IMG/VR virus record: IMGVR_UViG_2833778570_000001
Span: 14,239 to 78,238 of that record
Direction: 5' to 3' (one strand)
Source: a virus
Lineage: Duplodnaviria; Caudoviricetes
DNA length: 64,000 bases
Positions 9,292 through 16,908 of the stretch are shown piece by piece (the first letter of the stretch is position 1; every line of letters begins with the position of its first letter). The notes beneath the pieces were generated by a model, which ran no database searches, was not told the DNA's origin, and worked only from the letters and a program-made list of their open reading frames with translations. The translations under genes and the position numbers were made by a program.

Positions 9292-9750
9292 ATGACCATG
9301 GACAGCCTGCTGAAGGAGTTCTCACGCCTCCACTTCCCCCGCCCACCAGCCGCTCCTGCGGACATTGCCGCCTTCGAGTCCCGCGTCGGATGGAAACTGG
9401 ATACGAACCTGCGCGCCTTCTACCTGCATTCCGATGGCGGAACGCTCTTCGAGGAAGAGCCCGACGCGAGCTACCGCATCCTCTCGCTCGCGGAGATCCG
9501 CCGGGCACGTGTTGCCATCATGGGCCGGGACGCCGACGAGTACGGGGCGCCATCGCAGTACACGCTGGTGGACATGCAGGACACCAACTACGTCATCCTG
9601 GATGTGGCCCAGCTGGCTGGAGGCGCGTACCCGCTCTTCGATGCGTGGCACGAGACCTATCCAGTAGCGAAGCGCATTGCTTCCTCGTTCGCGGAGTTCC
9701 TGGAGCGCGCGATGCGGAGCGACGGCTTCTCGTACTGGCTGGGCGAGTGA
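9292..9750 (+). CDS. SMI1/KNR4 family immunity protein
   Basis: PA.PADIAAFESRVGWKL...LRAFYLHSDG and IASSFAEFLE motifs; directly downstream of the toxin. Confidence 0.85.
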   Translation: MTMDSLLKEFSRLHFPRPPAAPADIAAFESRVGWKLDTNLRAFYLHSDGGTLFEEEPDASYRILSLAEIRRARVAIMGRDADEYGAPSQYTLVDMQDTNYVILDVAQLAGGAYPLFDAWHETYPVAKRIASSFAEFLERAMRSDGFSYWLGE

Positions 9751-9799
9751 GTACCGCCCGCGCGTGGCGCGCCTCCCCCAGGCGTGCGATGTCCGCGCC

Positions 9800-10141
9800 G
9801 TGCCCAGCCACGACAAGACGAAGACGCCCCCGGAGCGCCGTCGCGCGCCCGCCGGCACCACCGTGCGCATCGACGGGCTGCGCCTCTCCCGCGAGGCCTG
9901 GGCGAAGGTGGAGTCACTGACGGCCCAGCTGCGCCGCGCGGGCATCCCCCGTGCCCGGCCGTCCGGCGCGCTGGATCTGCTGGTCCTGCACCCGGAGGTG
10001 GCCGCGCGAGTGTTGGCCGGAGGCTGCCGCGTCTACCGCTGCGCCACCTGCGAGGCTTGGCTGGACGCAGCGGGCGCGCTGGCCCATCAGGACGCGCTAC
10101 CAACGCACGAGGTGCAAGGCTTCAGCGTGCCGGTGGCGTGA
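9800..10141 (+). CDS. small hypothetical protein with CxxC..H zinc-finger-like tail (start uncertain)
   Basis: YRCATCEAWL...LAHQ; GTG start inferred. Confidence 0.5.
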   Translation: MPSHDKTKTPPERRRAPAGTTVRIDGLRLSREAWAKVESLTAQLRRAGIPRARPSGALDLLVLHPEVAARVLAGGCRVYRCATCEAWLDAAGALAHQDALPTHEVQGFSVPVA

Positions 10142-10145
10142 AACA

Positions 10146-10181
10146 CAACGGCCCGCTCCGATGCTCTGGAGCGGGCCGTTG
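10146..10181. terminator. bidirectional intrinsic terminator between convergent genes
   Basis: Perfect 14-bp stem caacggcccgctcc / ggagcgggccgttg with 8-nt loop; U-rich tail on the minus strand. Confidence 0.75.
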
Positions 10182-10183
10182 CA

Positions 10184-10396
10184 CTACAGGCCGAACGTGT
10201 ACCGGATGCCCATGCCCGCCATCCGCTCGCGGGTGGTGGACTCGGCGAAGGCGAAGACGCCCAGGTTCTGCCGGAGCCGCGCCCCACCCTCCAGGCGCGC
10301 GTACGCGCCCGTGAGGGAGGAGACGCCGGCCTGGGCCTCCAGGTAGCCGGTCCGCACCGGCACGTCGCTCAGCACCCGCGACAGCCCCGCGGCTAC
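10184..10396 (-). CDS. small beta-strand-rich protein ending the lysis cassette (start uncertain; GTG at 10375 gives 63 aa)
   Basis: GYLEAQAGVSS / AYARLEGGAR / LGVFAFAES / MAGMGIRYTF; a second conserved copy at 28855-29058 supports coding. Confidence 0.6.
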   Translation of the reverse strand, partial: VAAGLSRVLSDVPVRTGYLEAQAGVSSLTGAYARLEGGARLRQNLGVFAFAESTTRERMAGMGIRYTFGL

Positions 10397-10908
10397 TGCT
10401 GCCCGCGGGGCATCGAAGGGACCGCGCCCTCCACGGCCGACTTCGCGGCGACGGCTCCGAGCGCGACGGAGAGGGCCTGCTCCTGCACCTTCTCCTCCGC
10501 CTTCTGCTCGCCGTGCAACGCGGAGAACTGGAGCTTCGCCAGCGCCTGCTCCGTGGGCTTGAGCGGACGCCAGCCGTTCGCCTTCATCCAGCTGTCGATG
10601 ACCTCCAAGCCCTTGGCGGCTTTGTTCAGTGCGGTGTTCTCCGGGTCCTCGGCGGCGATGTCCTCGACGACGTGGAAGGCGTGGTAGGCGCCCAGGGCGA
10701 TGCGCCGCTTGCGCCGCTCGGTGAGCCAGGTGCCGCCAGCGAAGAGACCGATGGCGCCCGTCACCGCGCCGAGCACGATGCCGATACTGGTGGGCGTGAG
10801 CAGCGCGTCCAGGATGCTGGAGCTGGCGCCGGTGGACGCCTGGGCGAAGGCCACCGGCGCGGAGAGGACGACCGCGAGGCACGCGGCCAGGGTGAGACGC
10901 TTCTTCAT
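10393..10908 (-). CDS. lysis-region membrane protein (signal peptide plus one TM; holin-like candidate)
   Basis: MKKRLTLAACLAVVLSAPVAFA signal, TM IGIVLGAVTGAIGLFAGG, then TERRKRR. Confidence 0.65.
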   Translation of the reverse strand: MKKRLTLAACLAVVLSAPVAFAQASTGASSSILDALLTPTSIGIVLGAVTGAIGLFAGGTWLTERRKRRIALGAYHAFHVVEDIAAEDPENTALNKAAKGLEVIDSWMKANGWRPLKPTEQALAKLQFSALHGEQKAEEKVQEQALSVALGAVAAKSAVEGAVPSMPRGQQ

Positions 10909-10983
10909 TGTGTTGCTCCTTCTGGGGGTGTGGGGCTCCCGGGAGCGCCCCGGGCAGGCGCCGGCAGCTGCCGGACGAATGCG

Positions 10984-11307
10984 TCAGGTGGCCGCGGAGG
11001 ACTCGACGTCCGCCTTCATTGCTTCCGCGCGCAGCGCCAGCGCTTCCGGCAGCCACAACTCGCCCTCGGCGCCGTACTTCCACACGCCACGCTCGTCGAG
11101 GGGCTCGCCCAGTTCCTCCGAGCAGATGCGCATGAAGTCGAAGGCCAGGTCGTAGTGGCTCGGGTGGACGAAGTGCCGGAGCGTGATGGAAGCGGTGTTC
11201 CTCCCGTTGTGCGGAGTACTCGCGGTTGCGATGTCTTTGCGGACGGCCGTGCGGAATTGATCCAGCAGCTGTTCGCGGTCGACGCTGAGCTTCTGGGTGG
11301 CAGGCAT
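10984..11307 (-). CDS. hypothetical phage protein (107 aa)
   Basis: ATG with AGGAG RBS in a leader duplicated at 11847-11889. Confidence 0.6.
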   Translation of the reverse strand: MPATQKLSVDREQLLDQFRTAVRKDIATASTPHNGRNTASITLRHFVHPSHYDLAFDFMRICSEELGEPLDERGVWKYGAEGELWLPEALALRAEAMKADVESSAAT

Positions 11308-11889
11308 GCAGGTGCTCCTGGTGGCGCTACGGGTGGGATTGAGAGACGGTGGGCCGCTGCCGGCGGAAAGCGTCAGACGCGCGGCATCCAGTTCCACTTG
11401 CCGGGCACGGGCGCCTCGGTGGGGGCCTGGGACACGTTGGCCGCCGTGAACGGCAGGAAGCGGGGCGGCTTCACCAGGAGCTCCACGGTGCCGTCGTCGT
11501 TGACGGCGGTGATGTCCGCCGCGCACACCACCTCATCGCGCTGGTAGTGGACGGCCCGGCCCACGCTGGGCTTCTGGCCCGGCGGCACCACCGGGGCGCC
11601 CTTCACGGACGCGACCGGCGTGTTGATGGCCTCGGCGACCGCGAGCCAGCCGGCGCGCACCAGCGTGGAGCACTTCTCGAACGGGGGCAGCTCGGCGCCC
11701 GTCACCGCGGAGCGTCCGCCGGTGACACCGCCGTAGCACTGGTACAGCACCAAGGCAGTGGCGAGCTTCCCGGGGTTCGCCTGGGCCAGGGCCTTCTCGG
11801 CGGCGGTGATGAGTTCGGCGGGCGGCGTGTACGGCGCGGACGTCGACATGCAGGTACTCCTGGTGGTGCTGCGGGTTGGACTGCGAGAC
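11305..11889. repeat. 43-bp duplicated 5' leader (11305-11347 and 11847-11889, 6 mismatches)
   Basis: catgcaggt(g/a)ctcctggtgg(c/t)gct(a/g)cgggt(g/t)gga(t/c)tg(a/c)gagac preceding two adjacent genes. Confidence 0.85.
11373..11849 (-). CDS. hypothetical phage protein (158 aa)
   Basis: ATG with RBS; C-terminal PSVGRAVHY..AADITAVNDDGTVEL..W.W.PR segment of a type common in phage proteins. Confidence 0.65.
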   Translation of the reverse strand: MSTSAPYTPPAELITAAEKALAQANPGKLATALVLYQCYGGVTGGRSAVTGAELPPFEKCSTLVRAGWLAVAEAINTPVASVKGAPVVPPGQKPSVGRAVHYQRDEVVCAADITAVNDDGTVELLVKPPRFLPFTAANVSQAPTEAPVPGKWNWMPRV

Positions 11890-11976
11890 AGAGACTCAAC
11901 GGCGCGGCAGCCAGCGCGGGTGGTCGCACTGGCCCAGGCGCCGGCCGCACAGGCGGCATCGAGGAGGTGAGCCCAT

Positions 11977-12537
11977 TCAGCCCTCCAGCGGCGCTTCGGA
12001 GGGGGCCCACTGCGCGCGGCGCTGGAGGACGTCGGCGCCGTAGTCCTTGCCGGTGGTGAGGGCGTCCATCGCGGTGATGGCGTCACGCTCCGTGACATCG
12101 TCCGGCAGCGCGCGCAGCACGGCCTCCACCTTCTCCTGGCTGGCGTTGTAGCTGGCCACCGCGCCGGCGAGACGCACCCGGGCCGAGCGCGCGCTGTGCC
12201 GCTTGTCGAAGTCGCGGATGCGGTCGGCCAGCAACTCCGCGCCATAGAGGATGTTCGCGCCCGGGTCCTGCCACGCGGGGCGCCCGTCCGGCATGAGCCG
12301 CGCGAGGAAGGCCCGGTGGTACCGGCGGTCAATCTGCATCAGCCCGTGTCCGTTGCCCTTATCGCCCAGGCCGGCGGGCCCGCGCGGCTTGAGCCACAGT
12401 CCACCCATGGACTCGCGTTCGCAGACGGCCGCCAGCAGGTACGGACACAGGCGCGTCACCGTGGACGCGGCGTGAAGCTCGCGGCTCCACTGCGCCAGGT
12501 GCTTCGGCAGGCGCTGCTCCAACTCAGCGAGGGTCAT
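11977..12537 (-). CDS. endolysin, SLT-type lytic transglycosylase
   Basis: LLAAVCERES (catalytic Glu), GHGLMQID, NILYGAELL, ASYNA motifs. Confidence 0.85.
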   Translation of the reverse strand: MTLAELEQRLPKHLAQWSRELHAASTVTRLCPYLLAAVCERESMGGLWLKPRGPAGLGDKGNGHGLMQIDRRYHRAFLARLMPDGRPAWQDPGANILYGAELLADRIRDFDKRHSARSARVRLAGAVASYNASQEKVEAVLRALPDDVTERDAITAMDALTTGKDYGADVLQRRAQWAPSEAPLEG

Positions 12538-12890
12538 GGCGTCACCACCATCGGGAAGCGGGCGCGGTACCAGCGGCGCCACAGCGGGTGCACGGCGAAG
12601 ACGGCGCAGCCGACGAGCGCCGAGTACGAGCCCTTCGCGGCGAAGTAGGCGAACCACGCCACTTCCTTGCCGACGAAGTAGAGGGCCGCCATCCGGAAGC
12701 ACTCGACGGAGGGGACGGGCCGCGCAGCCTCCGCCTCGGCCATGCGAGACGAGACGGAGGCGTGGTGAAAGCCGAGCGCCACGGCCAGCGCGCCCAGCCA
12801 CTCCAGCGCGTTCGCGCGCGTGCAGAGGTTGACGGCGATGAGGACGGCGTAGACGACGGCCGCCTCCAGGTGCCAAGTGCGAAGTTTCAT
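12534..12890 (-). CDS. multi-TM membrane protein, holin candidate
   Basis: Three to four hydrophobic segments; coupled directly upstream of the endolysin. Confidence 0.6.
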   Translation of the reverse strand: MKLRTWHLEAAVVYAVLIAVNLCTRANALEWLGALAVALGFHHASVSSRMAEAEAARPVPSVECFRMAALYFVGKEVAWFAYFAAKGSYSALVGCAVFAVHPLWRRWYRARFPMVVTP

Positions 12891-13000
12891 CGTGCAGGCT
12901 CGCGAGGCGCTGGAGTCGAAGGCCCGCCGGAGCGCCACGCTGCCAGGACCAGAAAGGCGCACGCGGCGAGCACGTGCGCGGCGAAGAGGGAGAGGCTCAC
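12887..13000 (-). CDS. 37-aa single-TM peptide
   Basis: GTGA and ATGA overlaps with both neighbours; hydrophobic core. Confidence 0.45.
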   Translation of the reverse strand: MSLSLFAAHVLAACAFLVLAAWRSGGPSTPAPREPAR

Positions 13001-13551
13001 CGGCGCCTCGGCGGAGAGGCGGGCTCGGGTGCGTCCTGTACCTGCTGATGCTGCGCGGGCACCTGGGCCTGGACGAACCACCGGCCGCACTCGCGCAGGC
13101 CCGCGAGGCCCAGCAGCCCGACGATGGCGCCCAACACCCACAGCGCCCCGGCCTGCCGGGAGTTGCGGTGCTCCTGCGCGTCCTGGCGCTCCTTCAGCAC
13201 CGGGACGACCTTCACCGACTCCTTCATCTCGGAGACCTGCGTCGCGAGTTGCTCCACCTTCTCGCGCAACTCCGGGACGGCACGCACCGCAGGCGTGTGC
13301 TCCGTCACCCGCCGGTCCAAGTCCCCGATGCGGTCCTCGAGCCGGTGCACCTGCTCGGCCGTGGCCATGCGCTCGCCGATGCCACGCACCTCGACATGCA
13401 CGCCCTCCACCACCCGGTGGAGGTCCACCGCCATCCGCTCAGCGGCCTTCAGCGCGGCCCCCGCGCGCTCGTTCGTCGCCTCCTGTTGGGCGGCGAGCCG
13501 GGCGAGGTCCTCACGGACGGTGTCAGGTGTGCGGCGGGGAGCGGGGGGCAT
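12997..13551 (-). CDS. coiled-coil protein with C-terminal TM (XhlA/holin-like lysis protein)
   Basis: Heptad-rich region followed by ALWVLGAIVGLLGLAGL. Confidence 0.65.
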   Translation of the reverse strand: MPPAPRRTPDTVREDLARLAAQQEATNERAGAALKAAERMAVDLHRVVEGVHVEVRGIGERMATAEQVHRLEDRIGDLDRRVTEHTPAVRAVPELREKVEQLATQVSEMKESVKVVPVLKERQDAQEHRNSRQAGALWVLGAIVGLLGLAGLRECGRWFVQAQVPAQHQQVQDAPEPASPPRRR

Positions 13552-13606
13552 ACCGCCGCATGGTCAACGCTCGCGTGGACGGCGTCCGGCACAGCCAGTG
13601 ACCACC

Positions 13607-13636
13607 CATAGATGGGGCACGCATGCCCCATCTATG
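13607..13636. promoter_or_regulatory. perfect 12-bp inverted repeat between divergent genes (operator or hairpin)
   Basis: catagatggggc-acgcat-gccccatctatg. Confidence 0.5.
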
Positions 13637-13696
13637 AAATCAGGGACGGCCGTGCGACAGATCTACGTTCGGCAACACTCTGGAGACAGCGCACCA

Positions 13697-14200
13697 ATGG
13701 AATCGTTCTGGGAGAAAGTCATCCTCCTCATGATTGACAAGCTGCTTCTGGCGGCAGCAGGAGCAGGCATTGTCTTCTACTTCTCGCGAGCATTGGAGCG
13801 CTACAGACGGGACCAGTCAGTCAGCAGTGAACTCGGGAAACTCCGAGCACAAGCCTTCGCGAAAATACTCGCCGCATTGTCGTCGAACCACATGATTCTT
13901 ACCCAGGCCCTTGAGCACCGACACACCGCTCAAATTCCAGATACCGACGCACTGCTGCTGGCCCGATCAAAGGAGCAATTGGAACGACTACGCGACGTGG
14001 TCCTCGAAGGAATAGGACTAATGGACAAGCCTGTAGGGACGTTGTTTTCAAATTACGCAACAGCATTTGGCGAATTTGACCTGTCCGAAAAAGCATTACT
14101 CGAAATGACCGACGAACAAATCGAAGCAAAGCTCAAAATCATTCGCGCCATGCGAGAACAACTAGCGGCCTACATCCCTCCTATTCCAAGGGTCGACTAA
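13697..14200 (+). CDS. moron: N-terminal TM protein, opposite strand, lower GC
   Basis: VILLMIDKLLLAAAGAGIVFYF TM; visibly AT-richer than its flanks. Confidence 0.75.
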   Translation: MESFWEKVILLMIDKLLLAAAGAGIVFYFSRALERYRRDQSVSSELGKLRAQAFAKILAALSSNHMILTQALEHRHTAQIPDTDALLLARSKEQLERLRDVVLEGIGLMDKPVGTLFSNYATAFGEFDLSEKALLEMTDEQIEAKLKIIRAMREQLAAYIPPIPRVD

Positions 14201-14219
14201 GTGGTGCGGATTGGGCCAC

Positions 14220-14759
14220 TTACGCTGTCACACCGACTGCCCTCTCTTTCCCGACGCCGAGCAGCCAGTCACGAAAGGCGGGCCAGGAGTTCTCGGTGAT
14301 GAGCCCTCGCACGAAGGCGTTCGCCTGCCACTCGCGGATGAGCCCCTCGCCGCGCTGGAGTAGCCAGGGCCTCTCGCGGGCGGTCCGCTGCTCCAGCATG
14401 TACTTCTCGAACTCGGCCACCGTCTCCTCGAAGGTGGCCAGCGGGTTGTAGACGAGCCAGTCGTAGCCCTTGTCCTTCGCGTAGAAGCGCTCGTCCTGGG
14501 CCGCCATCTCGACGGTGGAGTACTTCCCCCAGTCGTCGCTGCTACCCGGGGCCGCGCCCCCGGACTCCATTTGCAGCAACTCCTGCTCGAGCGCCGTCTT
14601 CTTCACCAGCGTGGCGGAGTTCACCTCGGCGGCTGCGCGCGACAGCGCGGCCGAGGCGTCCAACTGCCCCTTGATGCGGGCGATCTCCAGCCGCAGGTCC
14701 CGCTTCCGGGCCTCGGCGGCGTTGATGGCGTAGACGTCGCTCTGCGTGAGGGCGGGCAT
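14220..14759 (-). CDS. hypothetical tail-associated protein (179 aa)
   Basis: Directly follows the tail fibre gene with an AGGAG RBS. Confidence 0.7.
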   Translation of the reverse strand: MPALTQSDVYAINAAEARKRDLRLEIARIKGQLDASAALSRAAAEVNSATLVKKTALEQELLQMESGGAAPGSSDDWGKYSTVEMAAQDERFYAKDKGYDWLVYNPLATFEETVAEFEKYMLEQRTARERPWLLQRGEGLIREWQANAFVRGLITENSWPAFRDWLLGVGKERAVGVTA

Positions 14760-14768
14760 GGCCGACTC

Positions 14769-16898
14769 CTAGATGGGCTGCTTGATGTTGTGGCTGAGGA
14801 GGCCCGCGGACTCGTAAGTGCGGGCCCCGTGCACGGTGAGCTTCACGACGGCGCCCTCCCCTTCCGGCGCCACGCGGCGGACCAAGCCCGGGCGCAGTCC
14901 CTCCAGCAGTTCGCCGGGACGCAATGCGCGCAGCTCCGTCCAGCCCGCGAAGCGCCGGTAGACGAGGTGGTTGGGCGTTGCCACCAGGACACGGCCGTCG
15001 GTGAGCTCCACCCGCCAGCGCGCGGCGCGGTGGATGGAGGCGGCCACCACCTCGAATACGCCCACGCGGCGCGTGTCCTCGTGCTGGGTGAGGACGCGCA
15101 TACCCGGGCGAAGGGACGCCGCTGGTACCTCCCGCCTGTCCTCCAGGGCAATGGGCGTCTCGGGCGCGACGCACGTGCCGCCCGTCCCGCCGGAGCCGCC
15201 TCCCTCGCCGCCCGAGGGCCCCCCGCCGAAAGGCGAGGCAGTGGACTTCGCGAAGTTGATGCCCACCCCGGCGTTGTAGACGGGCGAGAACCACATGGAG
15301 GCGCTCACGCCGTAGACGCCGTGCACCTCACAGAGGAGCGCGACGTACTCCCCCAGGTTCTGCCCCCAGAGTCCCGCGAGGGCCGCCGGGGACTGGAAGG
15401 TGTGGCTGATGGCGACGCGGTTGAGCGCGTTGCCCTCCACGGCCGAAGCGTACTTCCGGTCCGGCAGGGGGATGTAGCGCGTGCCCCGGTACGTGGCGCT
15501 GACGCTGCTGTAGTAGTCCACCTTGAGGTAGCGGAGCGCATCCAGGTTGTCGTCGATGCTGGAGGGCTGGATGAAGAAGTGGTGCACCAGCCAGGAGTGG
15601 ACGATGGGCGTCGTGTACCGGAAGTAGTCCGTGCACTGGACGTCCAGCCTGTCGATGAGCGGTGCGCCTCCGCGCACGCCCGTGTTGTTGCTGCCCCGGT
15701 AGTGGACGCGCCCCGCGGCCGACGTGCCGTCCAGCGCCTGGTTCGCCCTGAAGAAGGGCGTGTCCAGGAGGTAGCTGCCGATTTGGACGTTTCCACCGGC
15801 CGCCTTGAAGGCGGTGCCCACGTTGTCCAGCTTCGCTCCGGCCACGGGCACGCCGTTGCCGTCCTCCGCATAGTTGGACGTCTGGAGGGTGTTGGCCACC
15901 AGCAGGTCGAACGTCACCATCTTCCGCATGGAGACGGCGTCCAGGTACACGGCCTTCCCCGTGTCGGAATTGGCGGCGTTGATCTCGAAGTACAGCTGGA
16001 CGCCGGTGCACCCCGCCGGGCAGGTGCCCTTCACCTTCACGCGCTGGTACGAGGTGGTGAGCGTGACGAAGGTGCTCGTGGACTGGCCGCCATAGGCACC
16101 GCTGGCATCCTCCCAGAGGAGAATCAGGTTGGCGCCAGGCTGGGCGAGCGCGGCGGAGGACTTCACCCAGGCCTCCGCGTAGAAGGAGTCCCCCGCGGTG
16201 CATTTGATGCGTCCTCCCGGGGCAGCGCTTTGGAAGCCGCCGATGAAGTTGAGCCCCGTGAATCCACCACCGCTGGGCACCACCAGCTTGCGGCACCGGC
16301 GCCCCTCCTTCGCGTTGACGGGCTCCTCCACCAACGCGTCGCCCTCGGGGGACTTCCCCTGCGCATCCGCCTCCGAGTAGCCGTTGGGCACCAGGTTGTC
16401 CGTGGGCGGCAGCAGCAGGTGGGTGAAGCTGATGGCCGCCGTCGCCACCGCGGCACTGGTGACGGAGCTGGCCGACATGTGCCTGGCGTAGACGCTGCCG
16501 GTGGGGACGTTGGAGAGGTCCGCCACGGCCATGGTGACGGTGTCCGGGTCGGCCACCACGCCACCACCGAGGACACGCCAGCTGCTCTGGCTACCGTTGG
16601 TGTAGAGGGCCTGGACGGCGCACTGAACCTCCGTCTGCAGCGTCAGCTTCAGCGGCGCCACCCACCGCCTTTCCGAGGGGCCGAACTTCCGCGGCTCCAG
16701 CAGGTAGCTGTCGGTGTTGTTGGGGTCGCTGCCCTCGTAAACCACTACCTGGAAGCCCGAGAGGAGGTGCGCGGGGAGCACCTCGTCGTGCGTCCAGCGA
16801 ATGTCCAGGTAGCGCGACTTGATGAGCTGCGGAGAGCGGACGCCGTCCACCTCGCGGTCGTAGATGCCGGCCGCTTCCTCCTGCTCGCGCGAGCGCAT
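14769..16898 (-). CDS. tail tip/receptor-binding protein (gpJ C-terminal-like half) with C-terminal Hint domain
   Basis: CBM-like NLVPNGYSE module, gpJ-type LQTSNY..GAKLD segment, Gly linker, then CVAPETPI..ATPNH..LTVHGARTY..LSHN-IKQPI. Confidence 0.8.
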   Translation of the reverse strand: MRSREQEEAAGIYDREVDGVRSPQLIKSRYLDIRWTHDEVLPAHLLSGFQVVVYEGSDPNNTDSYLLEPRKFGPSERRWVAPLKLTLQTEVQCAVQALYTNGSQSSWRVLGGGVVADPDTVTMAVADLSNVPTGSVYARHMSASSVTSAAVATAAISFTHLLLPPTDNLVPNGYSEADAQGKSPEGDALVEEPVNAKEGRRCRKLVVPSGGGFTGLNFIGGFQSAAPGGRIKCTAGDSFYAEAWVKSSAALAQPGANLILLWEDASGAYGGQSTSTFVTLTTSYQRVKVKGTCPAGCTGVQLYFEINAANSDTGKAVYLDAVSMRKMVTFDLLVANTLQTSNYAEDGNGVPVAGAKLDNVGTAFKAAGGNVQIGSYLLDTPFFRANQALDGTSAAGRVHYRGSNNTGVRGGAPLIDRLDVQCTDYFRYTTPIVHSWLVHHFFIQPSSIDDNLDALRYLKVDYYSSVSATYRGTRYIPLPDRKYASAVEGNALNRVAISHTFQSPAALAGLWGQNLGEYVALLCEVHGVYGVSASMWFSPVYNAGVGINFAKSTASPFGGGPSGGEGGGSGGTGGTCVAPETPIALEDRREVPAASLRPGMRVLTQHEDTRRVGVFEVVAASIHRAARWRVELTDGRVLVATPNHLVYRRFAGWTELRALRPGELLEGLRPGLVRRVAPEGEGAVVKLTVHGARTYESAGLLSHNIKQPI

Positions 16899-16908
16899 GC
16901 CCTCCCGT

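Noticed and set aside
1-10183. Prophage att site or defined left boundary
   Set aside because: No tRNA, integrase or partner att sequence is visible in the window, so the boundary cannot be placed
10393-10420. Frameshift fusion of the 171-aa membrane protein to the beta-strand ORF as a unimolecular spanin
   Set aside because: No canonical slippery heptamer, and the predicted topology places the C-terminus in the cytoplasm
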